From an uncultured Synergistaceae bacterium (GTDB lineage Bacteria; Synergistota; Synergistia; Synergistales; Aminobacteriaceae): a stretch of 64,000 nt of DNA. The stretch is taken from NCBI GenBank assembly GCA_964483085.1, contig CAYZZX010000002.1, forward strand, positions 898 to 64,897, in the 5' to 3' direction. The first letter of the stretch is position 1, and every line of letters begins with the position of its first letter. The translations under genes and the position numbers were made by a program. Positions 1-8,594 of this stretch are shown here, piece after piece. Under the pieces are notes generated by a model. The model was not told where the DNA came from. It was given only the letters and a program-made list of their open reading frames with translations, and did not search any database.

Positions 1-16
1 CGATGAGAGATCTCTC

Positions 17-610
17 ATGAAAGTTAAACTGGATCTTCGCCCCCGATATCTTCTCGAGGCAAACAGAGAGAAGATAAATGCAGCACGGCTTCTCCTGACG
101 TCTCTTTTGCTCGCCTTTATCCTTGTCGGCGGCACAACGCTTACCCTCACCTTTCTGAAGGTGCGATCAATGAATGCTGACGCGGCCATGTTCACCGACC
201 AACTGGCCATTCAGAAGACCCAAAACGAGAAGATGAGTCAAGAGATACAGCGGCTCTCCGACATTGAGGCGGTCTACACCTCCGCCCTGCAGCTCCTTGA
301 CGACGAGCTGCCGGCCCTTGAGGTCGTTAATGCGGTGGAGGCTGCTCTTCCTCCGGGAGTGTGGCTCGAATCTCTGACCATTCTTCCGGGAAAAGCGACC
401 CTTAAAGGAAAATCCTGGGTTGAGGGCGATGTCGTTGAATTCGCAAAGGGGTTGCTCGATTCGGGAGTCGTCGTTACGGTAGATTTTCCTGTGACCACAA
501 GGGTAGAAATGGATAAGGAATCCATGGTGGACTTCACTCTCTCCTGTCTTCTGCGGGATATCGCGACAGTAGCTGATAACACTGGCAGGAAGGGGGGAGT
601 TGCACAATGA
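17..610 (+). CDS. pilN: Type IV pilus assembly protein PilN-like
   Basis: 197-aa ORF. It has a short basic N-terminus, one hydrophobic helix (LLLTSLLLAFILVGGTTLTLTF) and then a coiled/periplasmic domain, which is the PilN layout. It is the first of four coupled genes ending in a secretin gene, and its stop overlaps the next start (ATGA). Confidence 0.7.
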   Translation: MKVKLDLRPRYLLEANREKINAARLLLTSLLLAFILVGGTTLTLTFLKVRSMNADAAMFTDQLAIQKTQNEKMSQEIQRLSDIEAVYTSALQLLDDELPALEVVNAVEAALPPGVWLESLTILPGKATLKGKSWVEGDVVEFAKGLLDSGVVVTVDFPVTTRVEMDKESMVDFTLSCLLRDIATVADNTGRKGGVAQ

Positions 611-1125
611 ATACGATAGGGCGCAGGGATGGACTGTGGATTTTTCTTTTCTTATTGCTTGTGGGCGGCCTCTCCTGGGGGCAGAGCTATTTTATCAACG
701 AGATGTCAGTTCTCAAGAGTACTATTGGTGATATCAGAACGGAGAGTATGATCCTTGAGCAGCAAGCGATGGAGCAGATGCGCCAGATAGAAATCTATAA
801 AAAAGCTATCGCAAGCCTCGAGAAGTATCAGCTTGGGATCCCCGAGAATGAAGTTGACTTCTATGCCTGGGTTCAGCAGGAACTCACAAAGAACGGCGTG
901 CGGAGCAACGTGGTACAGCCTATCGCATCCGCTGACGGGCGAAGCGGCGTTCAGATTGATTTTGAAGGGCCTTATTATTCCTTTATCCGCACCCTTGCGG
1001 ACTGGCGCAATTTGAAGGTCGCTGTACGGGTGTCATCCGTGACGCTGAATTCCGTGGACGATGTGAACGCAAAGGGTGTTGCGATCATTCAGTCTGTGCT
1101 TAAAAAAGTAGGTGAGCAGCTGTGA
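607..1125 (+). CDS. pilO: Type IV pilus assembly protein PilO-like
   Basis: 172-aa ORF with an N-terminal TM helix (LWIFLFLLLVGGLSWG), a coiled segment and a C-terminal globular part. It lies between the PilN-like gene and the secretin gene, with ATGA and GTGA overlaps to its neighbours. Called from architecture and context only. Confidence 0.6.
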   Translation: MNTIGRRDGLWIFLFLLLVGGLSWGQSYFINEMSVLKSTIGDIRTESMILEQQAMEQMRQIEIYKKAIASLEKYQLGIPENEVDFYAWVQQELTKNGVRSNVVQPIASADGRSGVQIDFEGPYYSFIRTLADWRNLKVAVRVSSVTLNSVDDVNAKGVAIIQSVLKKVGEQL

Positions 1126-1733
1126 TTGACGATCTTCATCAGAATGAAACATTCGGCACTCGTCTTATGGTTGGAGAGGGGAGATATCGCCTTCTCCGTT
1201 TTCTTGTCGTCCTTTTTCTTTTCGCCGGAACGCTCTGGTCGGGATATCTTTTCATGCAGTTTGTCGATCTATCAAAAGAGGATCCCATCACGATTCCACC
1301 CCTTGAGAGCCAGGCCCAAAAGGATTCCGAGCGGCTCGAAACCCTTATCGCCAATTTTAAAGAGGCTGTCGATATTAGAGAAAATAGCCTGAGCCTGGCA
1401 TCGGCTGTGGCAGACGCCTCCCGCCAGCCCTTTATCTCCACGGTCAAAACCTCTCCTTCCGAAGAACGGACGGCAGAAGGCGCAGTCGTCGTAGAAGATC
1501 AGATTCCGACCTTCGTTCAAGAAAGGATGCCCCCCATCATATTTGTTCGTGCCATCATGGTGGCGGGTAAGGAATCTATGGCCGTCATGGATATTGAGGG
1601 AGTGGGGAACGGGATTATCGTCCGCAGCGGGTATGCCTTCAACAACGGCGAGGGAAAAATAGTCCGTATCGCTCCCGAAAAGGTGACCATACGCTGGTCG
1701 GGAAAAAATTTCGACATCGCTCCGGGACTCTAG
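1122..1733 (+). CDS. PilP-like pilus assembly protein (TM-anchored rather than lipoprotein)
   Basis: 203-aa ORF with a GTG start. It has one TM helix (LLRFLVVLFLFAGTLWSGYLF), a linker, and a C-terminal beta-rich segment (IIFVRAIMVAGKESMAVMDIEGVGNGIIVRSGYAFNNGEGKIVRIAPEKVTIRW) resembling PilP/GspC HR domains. It sits directly upstream of the secretin gene. Confidence 0.45.
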   Translation: MIDDLHQNETFGTRLMVGEGRYRLLRFLVVLFLFAGTLWSGYLFMQFVDLSKEDPITIPPLESQAQKDSERLETLIANFKEAVDIRENSLSLASAVADASRQPFISTVKTSPSEERTAEGAVVVEDQIPTFVQERMPPIIFVRAIMVAGKESMAVMDIEGVGNGIIVRSGYAFNNGEGKIVRIAPEKVTIRWSGKNFDIAPGL

Positions 1734-1748
1734 AGGGGGATTTATATA

Positions 1749-3488
1749 ATGAAAAGAGTATCAAAGTTCGTTTTTCTCATTTTTATTGCGCTCATTCTTT
1801 TCTCTACAACAGCTTCGGAAGTTCAGGGGAGCGGCAAAAAAAACCCCTGGAAGGATCTCCCCCCCATCGGCGGCCTGATAGTGCGCCAGCTCGGGTCTGA
1901 CGGAATTATCGTCGAGCTGAAGGGCGGCGGACTTCCCCTGCCTGAGATGGATACTCTCGCCTCCGACCAGATCACTTTTTCTCTCCCCGGCGCGTATCTC
2001 GCCTCGGGAAAATGGGAGCGGGATTTTAACCTCCCCCTCGTGGGCATGGTGAAGGCCGAGCAGGTGGAGGATCGGGTCGTCTTCAAAATGACGGTGAACG
2101 AGCCGATGATCCTGAAGAAAATTGAGGGAACACCTCCGGCAAATAAATATATCTTCCGCTTTTCCGCCACGGACTTTGTGGAGAGAGAGAACGTTCAGAA
2201 GGATCTGCTTGCGCCGGTTGCCCCTGTAGCTTCAATCCCCGGTGACCCCTTCACGAAGACAACTCCCATCTCTCTTGACCTCCGGGACGTAGAGCTCAGA
2301 GACGTCTTCCGGATGTTCGGAGAGTATTCTAAGATGAATATCATTGCCGACCCCTCCGTACCCAACACCTTGGTCACCATGTCACTGAAGGCTGTTCCTT
2401 TAAACGAAGCCTTGGAGTACCTGATGCGTATGTACGATATGTCCTACGCCATCATGGGGAAGACGGTCATCATCGGCACCCCCGACAGCCTGGGCAAGAC
2501 CACGGGAAAGGAATCCACCCGTCAATTCAAGATCGCCTACGCTGACATGAAGGCCGTCGCAGGCCTTCTGACAGGCCTCACAGGTGTAAATAATGTCGTG
2601 GTCGACGAGCGTCTTCGGACGATCTACGTGACCGGGCGGAGCGATCAGTTTTTCGAGATTGAAAAAGTTCTTCAGCATATCGACCACCCCGGCCGGCAGG
2701 TGATGCTCCAGGCCCGGATCATAGAGGTCACCGACAGCGGCAAGGAGGAGTTAGAGACGATCATCGACGCCGTCTACAGCCAGTGGTGGTTCAACTACAG
2801 CTCCGCCGGAGCGGGTCTCGGCTACGTCTACGCGGACCAACCCGGAGGATACGAACCCATTACCGGCGAAAACCGCCCTGCGCCCCTTGCTCCCATTACC
2901 GAGGACGGGCTGATAAATATCGCGCAGAACAGTCTGACAAAACTTCTGGACTTCGGTCTGAAGGCTCTTATCACGAAGAACAAGGGGAAGGTCCTTGCCG
3001 ACCCCTCCATCATCACGATCGACGGGCAGAAGGCAGTCATCAAGCTCGTGGAGAACTACCCCTACATCTCCGAGCGGGACGAAGCGGGCAACCCCAAATG
3101 GAGCGAGAAGGAAGTGGGCCCAATCCTTGAGTTCACCCCTCTTATCGGTAGGGACGGCATGGTCTCCATCACCCTGATGATCAAGACCGGCGAGATTATT
3201 GGTACCTACCGCGGCGGAGCAGGGGAGCAGTTTCCGCAGACCACTGAACGCCAGGTGGATACGGTGATCCGCGTGCGGGACGGAGAGCCCTTCGTTGTGG
3301 GCGGCCTGTACAAGGACCAGGACAAGTCCGAGACTCACCGGATCCCCATACTGAGCGACATCCCCCTTCTCGGCGAGCTCTTCAAGTTCAAGTCGAACTC
3401 CCGGGATAAGACCGAGGTCGCCATGATCGTGATCCCCTACATTCTCGATATTCCCGATACCACCGTTGAGAAAATCGTCTTGAAATAA
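1749..3488 (+). CDS. pilQ: Type IV pilus secretin PilQ
   Basis: 579-aa ORF with a signal peptide (FVFLIFIALILFSTTASEVQG) and an AMIN-like N-domain. It also has an N0/STN-like module (ISLDLRDVELRDVFRMF...) and a C-terminal secretin domain (GKVLADPSIITIDGQKAVI ... RIPILSDIPLLGELFKFKS). Confidence 0.9.
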   Translation: MKRVSKFVFLIFIALILFSTTASEVQGSGKKNPWKDLPPIGGLIVRQLGSDGIIVELKGGGLPLPEMDTLASDQITFSLPGAYLASGKWERDFNLPLVGMVKAEQVEDRVVFKMTVNEPMILKKIEGTPPANKYIFRFSATDFVERENVQKDLLAPVAPVASIPGDPFTKTTPISLDLRDVELRDVFRMFGEYSKMNIIADPSVPNTLVTMSLKAVPLNEALEYLMRMYDMSYAIMGKTVIIGTPDSLGKTTGKESTRQFKIAYADMKAVAGLLTGLTGVNNVVVDERLRTIYVTGRSDQFFEIEKVLQHIDHPGRQVMLQARIIEVTDSGKEELETIIDAVYSQWWFNYSSAGAGLGYVYADQPGGYEPITGENRPAPLAPITEDGLINIAQNSLTKLLDFGLKALITKNKGKVLADPSIITIDGQKAVIKLVENYPYISERDEAGNPKWSEKEVGPILEFTPLIGRDGMVSITLMIKTGEIIGTYRGGAGEQFPQTTERQVDTVIRVRDGEPFVVGGLYKDQDKSETHRIPILSDIPLLGELFKFKSNSRDKTEVAMIVIPYILDIPDTTVEKIVLK

Positions 3489-3497
3489 GTGCGTAGC

Positions 3498-3526
3498 GGC
3501 CCCTTTGATCATCGGGGGCCTTTTTT
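3498..3526 (+). terminator. Rho-independent terminator after pilQ
   Basis: GC stem ggcccc (3498-3503) pairs with ggggcc (3515-3520) and is followed by a T6 run (3521-3526). Confidence 0.7.
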
Positions 3527-3606
3527 GTGCATCCGCTCCTGTGGCGGAAGAAGAGGCTTGCCTGTATAATGTGACCGTTTTGAACTGATTTCGGGAGGTA
3601 GGTAAT

Positions 3607-4197
3607 ATGGCGCAAATAGTTGACACAGCGGATTTTTATCCTGGGATGAAAATCCGCTGGCAGGAGGGTATCTGGGAAGTTATCGAGTTTCAGCATCACA
3701 AGATGGGCCGGGGCGGCGCAACGGTCCGGACGAAGATGCGAAACGTCGATACCGGCTCTACCATCGAAAACTCCTTCCGCTCCGGAGAGAAATTTGAACG
3801 GATTATTTATGAAGATAAACCCGCTCAGTTCAGCTACATGAGCGGTGATGACTATATTTTTATGGATCTCTCTACCTATGACGAAATGCCCATCTCCCGG
3901 GAGGTCCTCGGGGATGTAGCCAATTACCTTGTGGATAATCTCGAGGTGCAGATCGAGTTCTTCGAGGGCAAAATCATGGGCATCGAAATGCCCAAAAGCG
4001 TGGAGCTGCGGGTGACTGAGACTCCTCCGGGCTTCAGAGGAGATACCGTCTCGAGCAGCGGCAAACCGGCAACCCTCGAGACGGGGATCGTCATCACAGT
4101 TCCCCTTTTTATCAATGTGGATGATACAATAATTGTGGATACCCGGACGGGACAGTATATTGAACGGGGCAAAAAACAGGAAGAGAGAAGGGGGTAG
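3607..4197 (+). CDS. efp: Translation elongation factor P
   Basis: 196-aa ORF with an RBS gggagg 9 nt upstream. It aligns residue for residue with the Bacillus-type EF-P N-domain (VIEFQHHKMGRGGATVRTKMRN versus [22 protein letters not shown]). The C-terminal OB domains carry PPGFRGDTVSSSGKPATLETG. Confidence 0.95.
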   Translation: MAQIVDTADFYPGMKIRWQEGIWEVIEFQHHKMGRGGATVRTKMRNVDTGSTIENSFRSGEKFERIIYEDKPAQFSYMSGDDYIFMDLSTYDEMPISREVLGDVANYLVDNLEVQIEFFEGKIMGIEMPKSVELRVTETPPGFRGDTVSSSGKPATLETGIVITVPLFINVDDTIIVDTRTGQYIERGKKQEERRG

Positions 4198-4202
4198 TTA
4201 GT

Positions 4203-4628
4203 ATGAGCGCACGGGAAAAAATTGCTTACCTCAAGGGATTGCTTGACGGACTCGGACCTGCCAAAGACGAGGGACAGAACAAGATATTCGGTGCCATGGT
4301 GGACGCTCTTGAAGCCCTTTCTCTTGAAGTGGATGAGCACGAAGAACTTCTCGAGGAGCAGCGTGAACTCTACGAGGATCTGGCGGACGACTGCGCCCTC
4401 CTCGATGAGGATCTTGACTCCATGGAGAGGGTGTTCGCCGAGTTCATGGGCGAAGGAGACGACGACGATGACGATGACGACGATGATGACGACTTCGACG
4501 AGAGCTATATCTCCGTATGCTGCCCCTCCTGCAACTATGTGTTTTACTATCAGCCCGAGGAATACGAAGGGGACGAACAGCTCGAATGCCCGGGCTGCGG
4601 AAAGAAATTCGAGCAGCAGAACCAGTAA
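4203..4628 (+). CDS. Acidic zinc-ribbon protein (CD1247 N-terminal-domain-like)
   Basis: 141-aa ORF. The N-terminus EKIAYLKGLLDGL... is typical of the small clostridial family found next to efp/asp23. It has a run of 12 Asp residues and a C-terminal CPSC...CPGC zinc ribbon. Confidence 0.7.
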   Translation: MSAREKIAYLKGLLDGLGPAKDEGQNKIFGAMVDALEALSLEVDEHEELLEEQRELYEDLADDCALLDEDLDSMERVFAEFMGEGDDDDDDDDDDDDFDESYISVCCPSCNYVFYYQPEEYEGDEQLECPGCGKKFEQQNQ

Positions 4629-4661
4629 ATCTTCAGGAAGGTCAGGAAGGGAGGTCTCGTA

Positions 4662-5243
4662 ATGGATGATGTGTACAAACCCCAGGAACCGGAAATGGTA
4701 ACTGAGACAGAGCCGGAGGCAGCGCCGCCCGAGGAGACGGCGGAGCCATTTGCGGACGCGACGTCGGAAGATGAGGTGGAAACACCTTCTGTCAGCGGTA
4801 CAGTCCATATAAGCGAAGACGTCATAATGGAGCTGGCGAAGAAAACTCTTTCCTCCATTGCCGGCGTTCAGCCTGCGAGCCAGGGAATCGCGTCCAAACT
4901 CGGCATCGGAAGAAAAGCCAGCGATGGCATCCGTGTTTCCGTGGAGGACAAAACCCCTCCCTTCGCAACGATCGACGTGTATATTCTTGTGAAGTACGGC
5001 CTGCGTATTCCTGACGTCGCCTGGGATGTCCAGGAGTCGATCAAGAACAATCTTCAAGAGTATACCGGCTATAATGTCCGGGCCGTCAATATCAACGTCC
5101 AGGGTATTTATTTCCAGGAGAAAACTCCGGAGCCCTTTGCAGAGCCACGTCCCGAGGAAGAGAAACCCCCGGAGCCGACGACCTCTTCCGAGGGAGAAGC
5201 GCTGACGGAAAAATCCTTCCCGCCCGAAATGGAGCAGCTCTAA
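4662..5243 (+). CDS. Asp23/Gls24-family alkaline shock protein with acidic N- and Pro/Glu-rich C-extensions
   Basis: 193-aa ORF whose core (GTVHISEDVIMELAKKTLSSIAGV ... VYILVKYGLRIPDVAWDVQESIKNNLQEYTGYNVRAVNINVQGI) matches the Asp23 family. Confidence 0.9.
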   Translation: MDDVYKPQEPEMVTETEPEAAPPEETAEPFADATSEDEVETPSVSGTVHISEDVIMELAKKTLSSIAGVQPASQGIASKLGIGRKASDGIRVSVEDKTPPFATIDVYILVKYGLRIPDVAWDVQESIKNNLQEYTGYNVRAVNINVQGIYFQEKTPEPFAEPRPEEEKPPEPTTSSEGEALTEKSFPPEMEQL

Positions 5244-5301
5244 CGAAGGACTTTGAGAGGGCTTCCCGTCTCTCTGGACGGGCGGCCCTTTCCGAACAGG
5301 G

Positions 5302-5793
5302 GTGGTCGAAATGTACCTATTCTGGATGAAGAACTCCCTCGGCACCATCTCTCTTTCCGGAGCCGGGTTGACGGATTTTGTGAATTCTCTTCTCATGGCG
5401 CCCTATAAGTGTACCCAGGTTTCCCTCTCCGCTTCAGAGGGGATGGCCTATCTTGTGATCGGTCTACCGAAGGAGAGCAACTCCCTCGAGATGGACATGA
5501 TCGAAGCCCGCCTGAAGGAGTCTCTCGGCAGAGTCGGACTGCAGGCCCGCGTTTCCTGGGCAGAGACGGAAAAGACGGACTACGAAGGGCCGAACGGTCT
5601 GTATGCCTTTATAAGAAAGCCCATCGTGTGGGCTCTTTGGGCTTCCGGATGTGCAGTCCTCATTCTTGACGGGCTTGGTACTCTTTTATGGGCTCTTCTG
5701 TGGGGCGGGATTTTTTACTGGGGGGCGGAATTCCTCCAGTCAGACACAGGCAGCCGGCTGCTGAAAAAGATACGAGGTACCGCTGGGAGGTAA
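5302..5793 (+). CDS. Hypothetical membrane protein of the Asp23 gene neighbourhood
   Basis: 163-aa ORF. Possible starts are GTG 5302, ATG 5311 and ATG 5326. The C-terminus has two hydrophobic helices (IVWALWASGCAVLILDGLGTLLWALLWGGIFYW). I recognise no family. Confidence 0.6.
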   Translation: MVEMYLFWMKNSLGTISLSGAGLTDFVNSLLMAPYKCTQVSLSASEGMAYLVIGLPKESNSLEMDMIEARLKESLGRVGLQARVSWAETEKTDYEGPNGLYAFIRKPIVWALWASGCAVLILDGLGTLLWALLWGGIFYWGAEFLQSDTGSRLLKKIRGTAGR

Positions 5794-5797
5794 TTGT

Positions 5798-6274
5798 GTG
5801 AGTCGTTCTTTTCTGCCCCAGAAGCGTCATCGGTCCCGTGAGATGGCGCTTCAAATGCTGTATTCCCTGGATCTGCGACGGAATCAAACACTCGAGGATG
5901 CCCTTGAATTTTTCGCCGCAGAGGATGACCCTGAAATTCTGAATTACGCCCGGAACCTTACGAAGGGTGCCTGGGAGCACCGAAACGACATCGATAACCT
6001 GATCAGAGAGCATGTCACGGGGTGGCGGCCGGAACGGATGGTGGCGGTGGACCGGGCAGCTCTGCGCATGGCAATCTACGAATGTCTGTTTACCTCTTTG
6101 ACCCCGGTGCCGGTGGCTATTTCCGAGGCGGTGGAGCTTGCCAAGACTTTCGGCACGGAGGACTCGGGAAAGTTCGTGAACGGCGTTCTCGGAAAGATCG
6201 TCCGGGCTCTTCCTCCTCAGAAAGAAGTCGAAAAAAACCAAAAAGACCAGAACCAGAACGGAACAGAATCATGA
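5798..6274 (+). CDS. nusB: Transcription antitermination factor NusB
   Basis: 158-aa ORF with a GTG start and RBS gggagg 7 nt upstream. NusB motifs are present: REMALQMLYSLDL and VAVDRAALRMAIYECLF...ISEAVELAKTFGTEDSGKFVNGVLGKI. Confidence 0.93.
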   Translation: MSRSFLPQKRHRSREMALQMLYSLDLRRNQTLEDALEFFAAEDDPEILNYARNLTKGAWEHRNDIDNLIREHVTGWRPERMVAVDRAALRMAIYECLFTSLTPVPVAISEAVELAKTFGTEDSGKFVNGVLGKIVRALPPQKEVEKNQKDQNQNGTES

Positions 6275-7488
6275 CGGAGCAGAAGCGGCAGATCCTGACA
6301 GTTGACGAAATATCCTCCCGCATCTCACTGCTCTTTCTCGGCGACCCTATACTGAAGTCAGCGGTCGTCCGTGGAGAGATTGCAGAGATGAAGAAACACA
6401 CGAGCGGGCACGTCTATTTCACCCTTCTGGGACGGGAAAGCCGAATCTCCTGCGCCCTCTTCAAGAACTACCATTCCTTTGTACCCCAGTGGCCGAAGAA
6501 CGGAGACGAAGTGATCGCCGAAGGCGGAGTCTCGGTCTACGCCCCCCGGGGAAGCTATCAGCTCCTCGTAAAGCGTCTCGTTCCCGTGGGCAAGGGTGCG
6601 GCTGACCGTGCACGGCAGGAACTTCTGGCCCGTCTCGAAAAGGAAGGCCTTTTCGATCCCCGGCGCAAACGCCCCCTTCCCCTCTATCCTCAGAAGGTCG
6701 CCGTCGTCACATCCCGGACGGGAGCCGCTCTGCAGGACGTGCTCTCCATCTCGGCCGGCCGGATGCCCTCATGCAACATCCTCGTCATCCCAACCCTCGT
6801 TCAGGGGTACGACGCCCCGAAGGAGATCGCCGAAGCCCTGGGAAGGGCGGCGAAAATACCGGACCTCGACTGCGTGATGCTCGTCAGAGGAGGAGGGAGC
6901 AGAGACGACCTCGCCCCCTTTGACGATGAGCAGGTAGTCCGGGCCGTGGCGGGAAGCCCTGTCCCCCTGGTGACGGGGGTCGGGCACGAGATCGACTCCA
7001 CTCTGAGCGACCTCGCCGCTGACCTTTTCGCTCCGACGCCATCGGGAGCCGCAGAAAGGGTCTTTCCCGATTACCGGGATATCCTCTCCCGGTTGAAATC
7101 CCGAAAATCCCTCGCCGCATCCTGCGTCACCCGGGAGATCCGCAGTCTGGAAAAAGACGTGGAGACCTATCGCAGCAGGGGTGCCCGCACGACGGAACGG
7201 ATCATCGCGGCCCTCGACTCGTCGTGCCATCTCTCCGCTGCCCGTCTCTCCGCCGCTGCCGAGGGGCGCCTTGCCGCATTCAGCGAGCGCCTGTCCTCCG
7301 GAGCTGCGAGTCTCGACGCCCTCTCTCCGCTGAAAGTCTTCGGAAGAGGGTTTATTCTCTGCGAGAAAGAGGGAACTCCGGTCAATTCTGCAAAGCAGAT
7401 ATCCGCCGGAGACGAAGTCCGTCTGCGTTTTCGGGACGGCGATGTGACAGCGGGAGTTCGAGCCGTTCATCGAAAAGAGGGAGAGTAA
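6271..7488 (+). CDS. xseA: Exodeoxyribonuclease VII large subunit
   Basis: The track ORF begins at 6022 inside nusB. The plausible start is ATG 6271, which overlaps the nusB stop (ATGA). It has an OB-fold N-terminus (VVRGEIAEMKKHTSGHVYFTLLG), a catalytic core (VAVVTSRTGAALQDV, LVRGGGSRDDL) and a coiled-coil C-terminus. Confidence 0.9.
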   Translation: MTEQKRQILTVDEISSRISLLFLGDPILKSAVVRGEIAEMKKHTSGHVYFTLLGRESRISCALFKNYHSFVPQWPKNGDEVIAEGGVSVYAPRGSYQLLVKRLVPVGKGAADRARQELLARLEKEGLFDPRRKRPLPLYPQKVAVVTSRTGAALQDVLSISAGRMPSCNILVIPTLVQGYDAPKEIAEALGRAAKIPDLDCVMLVRGGGSRDDLAPFDDEQVVRAVAGSPVPLVTGVGHEIDSTLSDLAADLFAPTPSGAAERVFPDYRDILSRLKSRKSLAASCVTREIRSLEKDVETYRSRGARTTERIIAALDSSCHLSAARLSAAAEGRLAAFSERLSSGAASLDALSPLKVFGRGFILCEKEGTPVNSAKQISAGDEVRLRFRDGDVTAGVRAVHRKEGE

Positions 7489-7575
7489 GGGAAGTGCACC
7501 CAAAGCTTGGACATACATCCGACTTTAGGGGTATTTTTCATAAGAGCTCCGTCTTTCTTTATGAGGAGGTTTTTC

Positions 7576-8592
7576 ATGCTACCTGAGACAGTGTCCTTCG
7601 ATGATGACATCCTGAATATCCTCGACCAGCGCAGCCTTCCGGGGTCGATGGAATATATTCCCTGTTCCACCGCCGAGGAGACTGCCCTTGCTATCGAGTG
7701 TCTCGCCGTCCGGGGCGCTCCTGCAATCGGGATCGCTGCCGCCTACGGCGTCGCCCTCGCCTCACGGTCGGGCAGAAGCGCCGCCGAAGCTGCCTGCGAA
7801 CGCCTCGCCCGGACCCGGCCGACGGCGGTGAACCTCTTCTGGGCCCTTGAGCGTATGAAGAGGAGAATGGCTCTTCTCTCTGAAGAAAATCTTTACTCAA
7901 CACTGCTCGATGAAGCCCGGTCGATCCACCGGGAGGACCGGGAGAACAACCGCCTCCTCGGAGAGGCCGGGGCCGCCCTTCTGCCGTCCACCTCCACCGT
8001 GCTGACCCACTGCAACGCCGGAGCTCTCGCCACAGGAGGGCACGGTACGGCCCTCGGAGTGATCCGCTCCGCCCGTGACGCGGGGAAGTCCGTGAAGGTC
8101 TACGCCACCGAGACCCGTCCTGTGCTCCAGGGGGCAAGGCTGACCGTCTGGGAACTTCTCGAGGATGGCTTCGACGTGACGCTGATCTGCGACAGCATGG
8201 CAGGCGCTCTTCTGAAAACGGGCACAATCGATGCCGTGATCACCGGAGCAGACCGCGTCGCCGCGAACGGCGACGCAGCCAACAAGATCGGGACCCTCTC
8301 CCTGGCAGTCCTCGCAGCCCACTTCAACGTCCCCTTCTATATCGCCGCCCCATTGAGCACCATAGATCTCGCCCTTTCCTCCGGGAACGTAATTCCCATC
8401 GAGGAGCGGGACGCCATGGAGATGCGCCTTCTTCCCGGTGGAGGAACCCTCCCCGAAAATTACACCCTGTGGAACCCGGCCTTCGATGTGACGGAAGCGT
8501 CCCTCGTTGCCGCCATCATCACGGAAAAAGGGGTCGCCCGGCCGCCCTACGGCGAGTCGCTGAAGGCCCTTTTTCCAGAAAAAGGAGAATAG
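7576..8592 (+). CDS. mtnA: S-methyl-5-thioribose-1-phosphate isomerase (eIF-2B alpha/beta/delta family)
   Basis: ATG 7576 is preceded by RBS gaggagg (7563-7569); the track ORF start at 7507 is rejected. MtnA motifs are present: VLTHCNAGALATGGHGTALGVIRSA, VYATETRPVLQGARLTVWEL and ITGADRVAANGDAANKIGT. Confidence 0.85.
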   Translation: MLPETVSFDDDILNILDQRSLPGSMEYIPCSTAEETALAIECLAVRGAPAIGIAAAYGVALASRSGRSAAEAACERLARTRPTAVNLFWALERMKRRMALLSEENLYSTLLDEARSIHREDRENNRLLGEAGAALLPSTSTVLTHCNAGALATGGHGTALGVIRSARDAGKSVKVYATETRPVLQGARLTVWELLEDGFDVTLICDSMAGALLKTGTIDAVITGADRVAANGDAANKIGTLSLAVLAAHFNVPFYIAAPLSTIDLALSSGNVIPIEERDAMEMRLLPGGGTLPENYTLWNPAFDVTEASLVAAIITEKGVARPPYGESLKALFPEKGE

Positions 8593-8594
8593 CC

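Noticed and set aside
6022-6270. N-terminal extensions in the ORF track. They affect xseA (6022), mtnA (7507), ahcY (8469), the P-loop gene (33253), korG (36155), the M23 peptidase (40244), pcm (43109), queT (43986), ribH (50456), the CBS gene (53995), atpF (58481), atpB (60719) and rlmH (62723).
   Set aside because: The extensions overlap the preceding gene, translate to non-homologous Arg/Gly/Pro-rich sequence, and lack an RBS. In each case an internal start with an RBS or an ATGA/GTGA coupling restores the canonical N-terminus.
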